From positions 4,414-68,413 of the forward strand of contig BEIN01000015.1 of assembly GCA_002898375.1 (NCBI GenBank): DNA of 64,000 nt. The letters are read 5' to 3'. Numbering within the stretch: position 1 is the stretch's first letter; the number at the start of each line of letters is the position of its first letter. The stretch comes from a bacterium HR37. Lineage in GTDB: Bacteria; Desulfobacterota_D; UBA1144; Nemesobacterales; CSP1-2. Positions 31,619-42,850 of this stretch are shown here, in pieces. The position numbers and the translations under genes were made by a program. Under the pieces are notes generated by a model that searched no databases, was not told the DNA's origin, and saw only the letters and a program-made list of their open reading frames with translations.

Positions 31619-33112
31619 CTATCTACCTCTTTTTGCCCTCTCTGAGGAAGAGGGTATTTTAAGGATTTTTCTATACTTTGCAATGGTTCTGCGAGCGATT
31701 TTTATATTTCTTTTCTCAAGTATCTTGGATATATCTTCATCGGAATAGGGTCTTTCTGGAGGCTCATTTGAAATTATGTCCTTTATAAGTGCCTTTACCC
31801 GCTCAAACGATACCTCTTTTCCATTTGACGTTCCTATCTTCCTTGAGAAAAAGGCCTTAAGCTCAACAGTACCAATCGGTGTTTGTATGTACCTTCTGCT
31901 TGTTATTCTGCTTACCGTCGATTCGTGTACACCAACTGCCTGGGCTATGTCTTTAAGCCTAAGGGGTTTTATGTATTCCTTCCCATATTCGAAAAAGTCT
32001 CTCTGAAACTCTACTATCTTTGTTATGATTTTCCTTACCGTTGCATTTCTTTCCTCAAGGCACTTTATTATGCGTTGTGCTGCTTCTAGTTTTTCCTTTA
32101 TGTACTTTTTAGCCTCTGGAGAGAGATCATCCCCTTTATTTATCAGGTTTCTATAGTAGTTACTTATCCTTAACCTGGGCAGGTCACGGCTTACCTGCAC
32201 CTGTAGTTCATCGTTGACCTTATAGACGTAGAAGTCTGGAACTACGTTTTTTTGTATATCCTTCATGTAAAATGGTCTTCCAGGTTTTGGCTCAAGAGAA
32301 GAGATAACAGAAACGGCTTCTTCTACCTTATCCGATGAGATCTCAAGAGCTTGTGCCACAGTATCGTAATCTCTTCTGGCTATATCCTCCAAGTGGTTGT
32401 CTATGATCTTTACCACTATGCTATCCTCATCGTAACCGAGGTCTTGTGCCTGTATCTTCAAACACTCTCTAAGGTTCCTTGCTCCTACTCCCGTTGGATC
32501 AAAGGAAAATTGAATTGTTTTTAAAACACTTTCAACACGTTCAATGTAGCTTTTGTCAGATTCTACAAGGTTTCTGTAAAACTGCTTTGATTCCTCCTCC
32601 AGCAGGTCTTTTGATTCCTTGCTCAAAGAGTGTTTCCATTTTGCAAACTCAATGGCTATATCCGTAAGCTCCGATTCAAGGTATCCATCGTCATTTATGT
32701 TGCCAATAATTAGCGATGCTATCTTTTTGTCTTCGGTTGAGAAGTCTGAAAGGCTAAGTTGCCAGTTAAGATAGTCTATGAGGGATTGAGGTGAACTCAC
32801 CCTGTTTTCCCAAGGGGTTTCCTCTTCAGGTTCCTCAAAGAATTCCCTTATGTATGGGAGTTCGTTTTCTTCTCTTATCTTTAGCTCTTCCGGAATAAAA
32901 GGCTCTTCTTGCAGGGGTTCCAGAGGTTCTTCTTTGCCTCTCTCTTCTGCAACCTCAAGTACAGGGTTTTCTACTAGCTGTTGCTCTATGTATTCTTTTA
33001 GCTCAAGCGTTGTCATCTGGATTAGTTTTAAAAAGAGCTGTAGCTCCTGGGTTAGAATAAGACGCTGCTGCTGAACCAACTTCGGGGTTGCTTTTATCTC
33101 AACAGAGCTCAT
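31619..33112 (-). CDS. rpoN: RNA polymerase sigma-54 factor
   Basis: 497 aa with the C-terminal RpoN box ARRTIAKYR and an HTH-containing region. Glutamine/leucine-rich N-terminus. Confidence 0.9.
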   Translation of the reverse strand: MSSVEIKATPKLVQQQRLILTQELQLFLKLIQMTTLELKEYIEQQLVENPVLEVAEERGKEEPLEPLQEEPFIPEELKIREENELPYIREFFEEPEEETPWENRVSSPQSLIDYLNWQLSLSDFSTEDKKIASLIIGNINDDGYLESELTDIAIEFAKWKHSLSKESKDLLEEESKQFYRNLVESDKSYIERVESVLKTIQFSFDPTGVGARNLRECLKIQAQDLGYDEDSIVVKIIDNHLEDIARRDYDTVAQALEISSDKVEEAVSVISSLEPKPGRPFYMKDIQKNVVPDFYVYKVNDELQVQVSRDLPRLRISNYYRNLINKGDDLSPEAKKYIKEKLEAAQRIIKCLEERNATVRKIITKIVEFQRDFFEYGKEYIKPLRLKDIAQAVGVHESTVSRITSRRYIQTPIGTVELKAFFSRKIGTSNGKEVSFERVKALIKDIISNEPPERPYSDEDISKILEKRNIKIARRTIAKYRKILKIPSSSERAKRGR

Positions 33113-33268
33113 GATAAGAATCTTCCCATTGAAAGCCTAAATAAAATATTAAATCCCTCATGTTCAAATTTCTAGAACTATCTAGGACTTTTCACCCTAA
33201 CGTAAACCAGTTATTATTAATAATACCAGTTTATAAAAAATATTAAAAGTTAATAGGGACTAAAGAGC

Positions 33269-33493
33269 ATGGAGATTCAACCTCTGGGAAAGGTTCTTGT
33301 GTTTTTGGGACTGTTTCTCGTCGTAATAGGACTTCTAATAATTTTGGCTCCAAAGATCCCCTATATTGGAAGGTTACCCGGGGATATATATATAAAGAGG
33401 GATAACTTTACCTTCTATTTTCCCCTTGCCTCATCCATACTGATAAGCATAATCCTTACCATAATCCTTAATATTTTGCTATTAAAGAAGTAA
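33269..33493 (+). CDS. DUF2905-like small membrane protein
   Basis: 74 aa with two TM spans and a conserved GRLPGDI loop. Confidence 0.45.
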   Translation: MEIQPLGKVLVFLGLFLVVIGLLIILAPKIPYIGRLPGDIYIKRDNFTFYFPLASSILISIILTIILNILLLKK

Positions 33494-33512
33494 ACCCTTG
33501 CTTTGGTTCTTT

Positions 33513-34160
33513 CTAGGCCAATCCCATCTTCTTCTCATAGGCGCTTATTTTATCTTCGAGCTGTAGTGTAAGAGCGATATCATCTAGTCCTTCAAGTAAG
33601 CACTTTTTCCTAAATGGGTCTATTTCGAAGTGAATAATCAGACCTTCTTCATCTTTAAGAGTTTGAGACTCTAGGTCAACTGTAAGTTTGTATCCCTCTT
33701 TGGCTAAGACCCTTTTAAATAGCTCATCCACCGTTTCATCTAGAAGCACTATTGGAAGCATCCCATTTTTGAAACAGTTATTAAAGAATATGTCCGCAAA
33801 TGAAGGTGCTATTATTACCTTGAACCCATAGTCTTTAAGCGCCCAGGGAGCATGTTCCCTCGAGCTTCCACATCCAAAGTTGCTTCTTGTAAGCAGTATT
33901 GAAGCTCCTTCATAACGTTTCTGGTTTAGGACGAAATCTGGATTTGGCTTGCCATCTTCAGTATACCGCCAATCATAGAATAAAAATCTGCCAAATCCTG
34001 TTCTCTCAATTCGTTTTAAGAACTGTTTGGGGATTATTTGATCGGTATCAACATTTACCCTATCCAGAGGGGCTACAATACCTGTAAAGGTTTTAAAAGG
34101 TTCCATTAGAGCTACCTCTCTATATATCTTTTTCCAGATCCCATTCACGTACATCAACAA
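33513..34160 (-). CDS. leuD: 3-isopropylmalate dehydratase small subunit
   Basis: 215 aa LeuD/aconitase swivel domain with conserved [11 protein letters not shown]. Confidence 0.9.
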   Translation of the reverse strand: MLMYVNGIWKKIYREVALMEPFKTFTGIVAPLDRVNVDTDQIIPKQFLKRIERTGFGRFLFYDWRYTEDGKPNPDFVLNQKRYEGASILLTRSNFGCGSSREHAPWALKDYGFKVIIAPSFADIFFNNCFKNGMLPIVLLDETVDELFKRVLAKEGYKLTVDLESQTLKDEEGLIIHFEIDPFRKKCLLEGLDDIALTLQLEDKISAYEKKMGLA

Positions 34161-35535
34161 AATGGCCCTCTATGGCTGCTGCCGCTGCCATAATGGGGCT
34201 TACAAGATGGGTTCTTCCACCTTTCCCCTGACGGCCTTCGAAGTTTCTGTTCGATGTGCTTGCACATCTTTCTCCAGGAGCAAGGATATCCGGATTCATT
34301 CCCAAACACATGCTGCAACCGGATTCTCGCCATTCGAAACCCGCTTCTTTAAAAATCTTGTCAAGACCAAGCTCCTCAGCCTTTCGTTTCACCTGTTGGG
34401 AACCTGGTACAACCATTGCCCTTACATTCTTGGCGACTTTTTTCCCTTTTACTACCCTTGCAGCAGCTATAAGGTCTTCAAGCCTTGAGTTTGTACATGA
34501 ACCAATAAAGACCCGGTCTATCCTGATATCCTGTATTCTGGTTCCAGGTTCAAGCCCCATGTACTTTAAGGCCTGCCATGCGGCTTTTCTGGCATTGGGA
34601 TCTTCAAACGAATCGGGATCAGGAACGTAACCCGTTACATCCGTAACCATACCAGGACTTGTTCCCCAGGTTACCTGAGGGGCCATTTTTGAGGCATCAA
34701 GCTCAACTCTTTTATCGAATACTGCCCCCTCATCCGTTTTTAACTCTCTCCAGATTTCTACAGCTTTCTCAAAATCCTTTCCTTTGGGAACATATTTTCT
34801 TCCTTCAAGGTACCTAAAAGTTTTTTCATCTGGGGCAATCATGCCGGCACGTGCACCTGCCTCTATGGACATATTACATATAGTCATTCTCTCTTCCATA
34901 GAGAGGTCTTCTATGGCTTCTCCTCTGTACTCAATCACTGTCCCTGTTGCTCCAGCAGTTCCTATGTAACCTATTATGCTAAGTATTATGTCCTTTGCTG
35001 TTACTCCTCGTGCCCTTTTTCCTCTTACATATACCTCAAACACTTTAGGGCGGGTTTGCCATAAGCACTGGGTAGCAAGTACGTGTTCTACTTCGCTTGT
35101 ACCGATACCGAAGGCAAGTGCTCCAAAAGCGCCGTGCGTTGATGTGTGGCTGTCTCCACAGACTATTGTCATACCGGGTTTTGTAAGACCAAGTTCCGGA
35201 CCTATTACATGGACTATACCCTGATAAGGACTAGTAAGGTCAAAGAGTGTAATACCAAACTCCTTGCAGTTTCTCCTGAGTGTCTCTATTTGCTTTGCAG
35301 AAATTGGATCTTCTATGGGCAGTGATCTATCAGTTGTTGGAACGTTGTGATCCATGGTTGCAAAGGTAAGATCAGGCCTTCTCACCTTGCGTCCGGAAAG
35401 ACGAAGTCCTTCAAAAGCTTGTGGGGAGGTAACTTCATGAATTAGGTGAAGATCTATGTAGAGAAGGGTGGGTTTTCCAGGCTCTTCGTATACCACATGC
35501 CTTTCCCAGATTTTATCAAACAGTGTCTTAGCCAT
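34120..35535 (-). CDS. leuC: 3-isopropylmalate dehydratase large subunit
   Basis: Aconitase-family motifs and Cys ligands ([15 protein letters not shown]). Preferred start is ATG 35535 ([10 protein letters not shown]). The track ORF starts 4 codons earlier at a TTG. Confidence 0.9.
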   Translation of the reverse strand: MAKTLFDKIWERHVVYEEPGKPTLLYIDLHLIHEVTSPQAFEGLRLSGRKVRRPDLTFATMDHNVPTTDRSLPIEDPISAKQIETLRRNCKEFGITLFDLTSPYQGIVHVIGPELGLTKPGMTIVCGDSHTSTHGAFGALAFGIGTSEVEHVLATQCLWQTRPKVFEVYVRGKRARGVTAKDIILSIIGYIGTAGATGTVIEYRGEAIEDLSMEERMTICNMSIEAGARAGMIAPDEKTFRYLEGRKYVPKGKDFEKAVEIWRELKTDEGAVFDKRVELDASKMAPQVTWGTSPGMVTDVTGYVPDPDSFEDPNARKAAWQALKYMGLEPGTRIQDIRIDRVFIGSCTNSRLEDLIAAARVVKGKKVAKNVRAMVVPGSQQVKRKAEELGLDKIFKEAGFEWRESGCSMCLGMNPDILAPGERCASTSNRNFEGRQGKGGRTHLVSPIMAAAAAIEGHFVDVREWDLEKDI

Positions 35536-35607
35536 TTTGCATCCCAACTTTTTTGCCTACTATTATACATGAAGATAATGTCATTACATAGTGAATGCAA
35601 GTTTAGG

Positions 35608-36903
<1,296 letters not shown>

Positions 36904-36981
36904 TTAGGGTGTGGTGATGAGAAACTACCATAAGAGAGAATTTGTATCAAATCTATTTTAGATATACACTAAGTTAGAGCT

Positions 36982-37827
36982 ATGAATGTCTTGGAAGCTA
37001 GAAGGCTTTTTATAGAAGCTGTAAGCAAGAAGAGAGAGGAAGAAATTGAGCTTGCAAGAGCTTCACTTCTTTTTGCTAAGGAGCTCGAATATCCGGAATT
37101 GGATATAGGGAGATATATGGATACAATTTGCTCAATGGCAGAAGAGGTTAGAAGGTATTTAGGAGGAAGTTCTGATCCTGAGCTGGTAGTAGAGAAGATA
37201 AGTAGGTACCTTTTTTTTGAAAAGGGGTTTAAAGGAAATACCAAGGATTATTATAATCCCAAAAACAGCTTTCTAAACGATGTTTTGGATAGAAAACTTG
37301 GTATTCCAATAACGCTTTCTATACTGTATATGGAGATTGCAAATAGGGTTGGTTTAGCTGCGTCAGGTGTTGGTTTTCCGGGTCACTTTCTTGTAAAGTG
37401 TAAGGGGAAGCAGGGTAAGGATATACTCGTTGATCCTTTTAATGAAGGGAGGGTAATCTCGGAAAGGGATTGTCAAACCCTACTTAACAGAATTTACCGA
37501 GGACGGCTCCGGTTTAAAAGGGAGTTTTTAGCCTCTGCTACAAAGAAACAGATTTTAGCTAGGATGCTGCGTAATTTAAAACTCGGTTATATAAACTCAA
37601 GGAATTATAAGAAAGCCCTTCCGGTAATTGACCTTATACTTATTGTAGATCCCATAGCTGTAGATGAGCTACGGGATAGGGGACTGATTTACTACGCACT
37701 TGAGTGTTTCTCTCACGCTTTATCTGATCTTGAAACATATATTAGCCTTTTCCCCAATGCAAGTGATAGAGATTTAATTAACCACTGTATCAAAAACCTT
37801 AAACGTCTGGTAGAGAAGATTAACTAG
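36982..37827 (+). CDS. Transglutaminase-like/TPR family protein (SirB1/YchA-like)
   Basis: 281 aa. The call rests on domain-order resemblance to UPF0162-type proteins. No catalytic triad verified. Confidence 0.45.
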   Translation: MNVLEARRLFIEAVSKKREEEIELARASLLFAKELEYPELDIGRYMDTICSMAEEVRRYLGGSSDPELVVEKISRYLFFEKGFKGNTKDYYNPKNSFLNDVLDRKLGIPITLSILYMEIANRVGLAASGVGFPGHFLVKCKGKQGKDILVDPFNEGRVISERDCQTLLNRIYRGRLRFKREFLASATKKQILARMLRNLKLGYINSRNYKKALPVIDLILIVDPIAVDELRDRGLIYYALECFSHALSDLETYISLFPNASDRDLINHCIKNLKRLVEKIN

Positions 37828-37921
37828 CCTATAGGGCTTTTTCTATTATTGGAATCGAATTTAAATTTCGGTAAAATCTTCAATCTAAGTTTAAGCTTCT
37901 AAGGGAGAAGGTTTTTTAGAT

Positions 37922-39748
37922 ATGTACAAAAAAGTATTTCTTCAGGGGTTATATCTGTTTCTGTTCTTTTTGCTTGCCTGTAGCGTGGGAGACGATAAAA
38001 GCCCATCTATGATTACGGATTTGAGGTTTGAGCCTCAAACCAGATTGCTTAAGTGGACTGCACCGGGTGACGATGGAAATTCTGGAACCGCAACCATATA
38101 TGACATTAGATTCTTTCAGGATACGGAAATTGCTCAGGAATTGGGGGTGTCTTCTATAGATGAGTTAACCTCTTCTCAGATAGAGGAGTTTGTGCGTGGG
38201 AACTTCTCAGAAGCAACTCAGGTACTTGGTGAACCACCACCTGAGAGTGCTGGTAGTGCTGAGAGTTTTATGGTTCCCAGACTGGATATAGCAGGGGAGA
38301 AGGTTTTTTTCTTTGCTATTGAAACACGCGATGAAGTGGGTAACAGCTCGGATCCTTCAAATGTGGTTGCTGGTGGAGCCCCTTTGGTTTTTGCTCAGTT
38401 TGAGAGTAGTGTCTCTGGTAGCTGTTTTGGGGAATCTATAGGAAGTGGTGATTTTAACGGTGATGGTATAATGGACATTGTGGTTGGTGATCCCTGCTTG
38501 GGAAGGGTTTACCTTTTTTTCGGTGGTAAGTCCTTTCTGGATAAGATTGCTGGGAAGGGAAGTTTTCTTGAGGTGGCTTCTTCAGATACTGCTGATGTAA
38601 CTATAATCGGAGAGCCTTCCGAGATGTTCGGTTTCTCTGTATCGGGGATTGACAGTTTTGAAGGGGACAGGTCAGATGAGCTGGTTATAGGGGCTCCGGG
38701 GTATGATGGTGGTAGGGGAAGGGTGTTTGTTCTGGCAGGTAGAACCAATGGCTGGCCATCAGTTATAGATCTTACAGGAGAGGCTATTCCTACACATGTA
38801 ATATTAGGGGAGAGTCCAGGTGATAACTTTGGCTTCTCTATAACCGATGGAACCGGTGTTATAGGGGGAGCAGAGGTTATCCTTGTAGGAGCACCGGGAG
38901 CAGATTCCCAAAAGGGTAGGGTTTATTTATTTCGTGCTGACGATTTAGATGAGGGCAGTAATTTGGCCTCTGGTGCCAGGGCTATAATACTTGGTAAAAG
39001 CTCAGGCGATGGGTTTGGGTTCTCTATGGATCAAATAGGTAGGATAGACGATGATACCCTTGCTGAGTTTGCAGTTGGTGTTCCGGAAAGGGGAGAGGTT
39101 TATATTATTTTTGGGAGTGAGGATCTTGAGGGAGTAAAAGACCTCTCTGTTGATGATTCCGATACGGTTTTAATTGAGGGGAGTAAAGAAGATGGCTTTG
39201 GCTTTTCTGTTTCAGGAGGAGAAGACCTAGATGACGTTGATGTAGAGAATGAAGATGGAACGGAAAGGCCTGATCTTCTTGTTGGTGCTCCTTTTTCTGA
39301 CATGGGTAGAGGTTCTGTTTTTCTTTATTCTGGGATTGATTTATCATCTGCAAGGGAATCTGGTATAAGCAGTCCTCCTTTTAAATCACAGTTTATAGGG
39401 TTAAACCCAGGTGATAATTTTGGGACATCGGTTACGGTTACAGGTGATCTTAACCCTAATCTGGATAGAGAGGAGAAAACAGAGGGCTTTATACTCTCTC
39501 TTAATCCAACCAATTCGGATTTTGTGGTTGGAGCACCGGGTATATCTAGGGTTTATGTGTTCTTTGGGCGCCCTGATTTCCCTAACTCTGTAAGCTCAGG
39601 CGAGGCAGATCTGATTTTACCCCTAGCTCAGGATGACCTACCTGGGGAGGGATTCGGAGAGCAGGTATTTAGCCTTGGTGATATAACGGGTGATAATATA
39701 TGGGATATTGCGATTGGAGGGGTTGGTTTTATTAGAGTTGAGTTTTAA
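37922..39748 (+). CDS. Secreted/lipoprotein FG-GAP repeat beta-propeller protein
   Basis: Signal peptide with LLACS lipobox. An N-terminal beta-sandwich-like domain (TAPGDDGNSGTATIYDIRF) is followed by about 7 repeats of FG...GDFNGDG / VGAPG...GRV(Y/F) with Ca-binding-like DxDxDG loops, as in integrin-alpha FG-GAP repeats. Confidence 0.7.
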   Translation: MYKKVFLQGLYLFLFFLLACSVGDDKSPSMITDLRFEPQTRLLKWTAPGDDGNSGTATIYDIRFFQDTEIAQELGVSSIDELTSSQIEEFVRGNFSEATQVLGEPPPESAGSAESFMVPRLDIAGEKVFFFAIETRDEVGNSSDPSNVVAGGAPLVFAQFESSVSGSCFGESIGSGDFNGDGIMDIVVGDPCLGRVYLFFGGKSFLDKIAGKGSFLEVASSDTADVTIIGEPSEMFGFSVSGIDSFEGDRSDELVIGAPGYDGGRGRVFVLAGRTNGWPSVIDLTGEAIPTHVILGESPGDNFGFSITDGTGVIGGAEVILVGAPGADSQKGRVYLFRADDLDEGSNLASGARAIILGKSSGDGFGFSMDQIGRIDDDTLAEFAVGVPERGEVYIIFGSEDLEGVKDLSVDDSDTVLIEGSKEDGFGFSVSGGEDLDDVDVENEDGTERPDLLVGAPFSDMGRGSVFLYSGIDLSSARESGISSPPFKSQFIGLNPGDNFGTSVTVTGDLNPNLDREEKTEGFILSLNPTNSDFVVGAPGISRVYVFFGRPDFPNSVSSGEADLILPLAQDDLPGEGFGEQVFSLGDITGDNIWDIAIGGVGFIRVEF

Positions 39749-39761
39749 GATCCAACTTTCC

Positions 39762-40970
39762 TTACTCGTATCTTAGAGCATCTATGGGATTTAACTTAGA
39801 TGCCTTTCTTGCCGGATAGAGGCCAAAGAAGATTCCAATAGCTGCTGCAAAGCAGAATGAGATCAGTATTGATAAAGGTGAGATAAAAACGGGCCAGTTG
39901 GTTAGAAGGGAGGAGAGTTTTGATCCAATAACCCCTACCATTATTCCCAATACCCCTCCTGCTATTGAAAGCAAAACCGCCTCTATCAGGAATTGAAGTA
40001 GTATATCCTTTTCTTTTGCCCCAACGGCCATACGTATTCCTATCTCCTTTGTTCTCTCGGTTACGGAGACAAGCATTATGTTCATTATACCAATTCCCCC
40101 TACTATAAGTGAGATTGACGCTATGCTTCCAAGAAGTATTGTCATTATCTTTGATATCGTAAGTATTCTTTCTATGATGTTAAGCTGTGTTTTTATGTAA
40201 AAACCATCTTCCCTGCTGGAGTTAAGTGCGTGACGTTCGCGAAGAAGTTTGGTTATTTGAACCTCAGCAAAGGGTATATCCTCAGGTGTTCTTACAGAAA
40301 CTGATATGTTCTCCACATACTCTATTCCCATTATCCTCTTCTGGAGTGTTGTGTAAGGAACCAAAACTATATCGTCTTGGTCTTTACCACCGGGGGTCTG
40401 CCCCAGGGAGCTCATAACTCCTATGACCCGGAAGGATATATCTTCTATTCTTACCGTTTTTCCTATTGGATTTTGGTAACCAAAAATTCTAGAAGCAACT
40501 GTTTTTCCAAGTACACATACCCTTTCTGCATTCTTTATATCCTCTTCTGTAAAGTAGTTTCCCCTTTCAGGGAACCAGTCATTTATAAAAACAAAATCTG
40601 GTGAGGTCCCTACTATAGCTGTAAACCAGCTCCTGTTGCTCCAGACAACATATCCAGTGGTGTCCAGTATGGGAGATACATGCGTAACCGTATTTAGTTT
40701 CTTTATAGCCTCAGCATCGCCCTCTGTAAGTTTTATTGTTTCTGTGCTTGTTACACCGCTTCCAGTTCTTTTTCCAGGATTTATTATGAGGGACTTTCCA
40801 CCAAGGTTTGTTAGCTGTTGTTCTATAAGCTCCTTTGCTCCCTGGGTAATGGCCACCATCGTGATTACAGCAGCTATGCCAATTATGATTCCAAGTGTGG
40901 TTAGGATGGAGCGAACCCTGTTTTTCTTTAGAGCCCTGTATGAGATTCTAATTGCTACCCATATATTCAT
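39762..40970 (-). CDS. ABC transporter permease, MacB/FtsX family
   Basis: N-terminal TM helix, a large periplasmic domain and 3 C-terminal TM helices (FtsX-like). Last gene of the tolC-macA-ATPase-permease block. Confidence 0.8.
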   Translation of the reverse strand: MNIWVAIRISYRALKKNRVRSILTTLGIIIGIAAVITMVAITQGAKELIEQQLTNLGGKSLIINPGKRTGSGVTSTETIKLTEGDAEAIKKLNTVTHVSPILDTTGYVVWSNRSWFTAIVGTSPDFVFINDWFPERGNYFTEEDIKNAERVCVLGKTVASRIFGYQNPIGKTVRIEDISFRVIGVMSSLGQTPGGKDQDDIVLVPYTTLQKRIMGIEYVENISVSVRTPEDIPFAEVQITKLLRERHALNSSREDGFYIKTQLNIIERILTISKIMTILLGSIASISLIVGGIGIMNIMLVSVTERTKEIGIRMAVGAKEKDILLQFLIEAVLLSIAGGVLGIMVGVIGSKLSSLLTNWPVFISPLSILISFCFAAAIGIFFGLYPARKASKLNPIDALRYE

Positions 40971-40982
40971 TGTCTTATCTAA

Positions 40983-41684
40983 CTACAAGTTGATTGCTTG
41001 TTCGATTCTTTCCTCGCCTATGGCTTTTCCGTCTCTAAACAAGATAATCCTTTCGGCATAGGCTGCAATTTCCTTTTCATGGGTTATCATAACTATCGTA
41101 ATCCCTTTTTTGTTTAGGTTTTTAAATATCTCCATTATCTCAATACTGGTTGTTGTATCAAGGTTTCCTGTGGGTTCATCAGCCAGTATAACCTGTGGTT
41201 CGTTTACAATTGCTCTTGCTATTGCAACTCTCTGCTGTTGTCCACCAGAGAGCTGGGATGGAAAGTGGTGTTCTCTGCCCTCCAGTCCTAACATAGCAAG
41301 GGCATCCATTGCGAGTTTCATTCTCCTTTTCGTTGGTATACCACTGTAAATAAGTGGTATCTCAACATTCTCAAGTGCTGTTGCTCTTGGAAGAAGATTA
41401 AAATTTTGAAAAACAAAGCCAATTTTTTTGTTTCTTATCTCTGCAAGCTGATCACTGCTAAGGGTAGAAGCTTCTATTCCTTCAAGCAGATACCTTCCAC
41501 TTGTTGGTTTATCCAGACACCCAATTATGTTCATGAATGTGCTTTTCCCAGAGCCTGAAGGACCCATTACGGATACAAATTCCCCTTTTTTTATGGTTAT
41601 TGAAACACCCCTTAGGGCATGGACATCAACATCACCCATCCTGTAAACCTTGTGTATGTTCTCTGTAACGATTATGTCGTTCAT
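40983..41684 (-). CDS. ABC transporter ATP-binding protein (MacB/LolD-like)
   Basis: Walker [13 protein letters not shown] signature LSGGQQQR and Walker [12 protein letters not shown]. Confidence 0.9.
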   Translation of the reverse strand: MNDIIVTENIHKVYRMGDVDVHALRGVSITIKKGEFVSVMGPSGSGKSTFMNIIGCLDKPTSGRYLLEGIEASTLSSDQLAEIRNKKIGFVFQNFNLLPRATALENVEIPLIYSGIPTKRRMKLAMDALAMLGLEGREHHFPSQLSGGQQQRVAIARAIVNEPQVILADEPTGNLDTTTSIEIMEIFKNLNKKGITIVMITHEKEIAAYAERIILFRDGKAIGEERIEQAINL

Positions 41685-41686
41685 AC

Positions 41687-42850
41687 TTAGAACCTTTTTA
41701 TCTGGGGTAAGGGCCCAATGGGGTTGTTCCCCCTGCCGTTCTTCTCGACCAATGCTTCTACAATTACACTGTCCCCTTCTTTTAGAGTACTATCCAGAAG
41801 CTCTGTGTAGTTTTCATCGCTTATGCCCGTTTTTACAGGGATTGCTTTAATCTGCATGTCTTTTAGTGGTATCCATATAAGTGAAAGATTTTTTGCGTTT
41901 TCAGGGTGGCTGTCTCCAGATATCCTTGCAGACGGGGGAGGGATAAATCTAAGGGCTGCTCTTGGAACTCGAAGTACATTTTCTCTATGTGCTACAAATA
42001 TCTTTACCTCAGCTGTCATTCCAGGTTTCAGTTTAAGTTCCCTGTTGTCAACAAGTATAACAACATCGTAGGTTACAACGTTGTTTATTTTTATGGGCTC
42101 GTTTTTTATCTGCCTTACCTCACCCGTAAACGGTTGGTCTGGGTAGGCATCTACAGTAAAGACCGCTTTATTCCCTTCTTTTATCTTTCCTATATCTGCT
42201 TCGTTTACGTGTGCATCAAGCCTCATCTTTGTCAGGTTCTCTGCTATTACAAAGAGAGGATATGAATTTGAGGTGGGAGAAACCATCTGTCCTACGTTAA
42301 CCTTTTTAGAGATAACTATCCCATCTATTGGTGATCGTATTGTTGTGTTCTCTAGATTCTCTTTTGCTATCTCAAGCTCTGCTTTTGCCTGTTCAAAGGT
42401 TGCTAAAGCGTTAGAGTATCTAAGTTTTGAATCATCGTATTCCTGTTTGGAAATCAGTCTCTTTGCATATAGTTCTTTGTTTGCCTTCATTATCGTTTTT
42501 GCTATGTTTAAATCAGCCCTTGCTTTCTCTAAGTTTGCCTGTGCTTGTGCAAGTCTTGCCTTAAAGGGAGTGGGCTCTATCTGTATAAGAGCATCTCCCT
42601 TTTTTACGGTTGAATTAAAATCAACGTATATTTCCTTTACAACCCCTGATACCAAAGTTCCCACTTCTACGGTGTTAACTGGATTTAGGGTTCCAGTTGC
42701 TACGATGAAAGAAGATATATCTCCTCTGTCGACTTTTGCGGTTATATACTTTATGGATACTTCATTTCTTGTAACCATCCTGAACAAGGTAAAGGTAGCT
42801 GCAATGACAATAACGATTCCAATTACTATCCATTTATTTGATATCTTCAT
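41687..42850 (-). CDS. Efflux periplasmic adaptor subunit (HlyD/MacA family)
   Basis: N-terminal TM anchor, coiled-coil hairpin region and beta-barrel/lipoyl-like segments typical of membrane fusion proteins. Confidence 0.8.
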   Translation of the reverse strand: MKISNKWIVIGIVIVIAATFTLFRMVTRNEVSIKYITAKVDRGDISSFIVATGTLNPVNTVEVGTLVSGVVKEIYVDFNSTVKKGDALIQIEPTPFKARLAQAQANLEKARADLNIAKTIMKANKELYAKRLISKQEYDDSKLRYSNALATFEQAKAELEIAKENLENTTIRSPIDGIVISKKVNVGQMVSPTSNSYPLFVIAENLTKMRLDAHVNEADIGKIKEGNKAVFTVDAYPDQPFTGEVRQIKNEPIKINNVVTYDVVILVDNRELKLKPGMTAEVKIFVAHRENVLRVPRAALRFIPPPSARISGDSHPENAKNLSLIWIPLKDMQIKAIPVKTGISDENYTELLDSTLKEGDSVIVEALVEKNGRGNNPIGPLPQIKRF

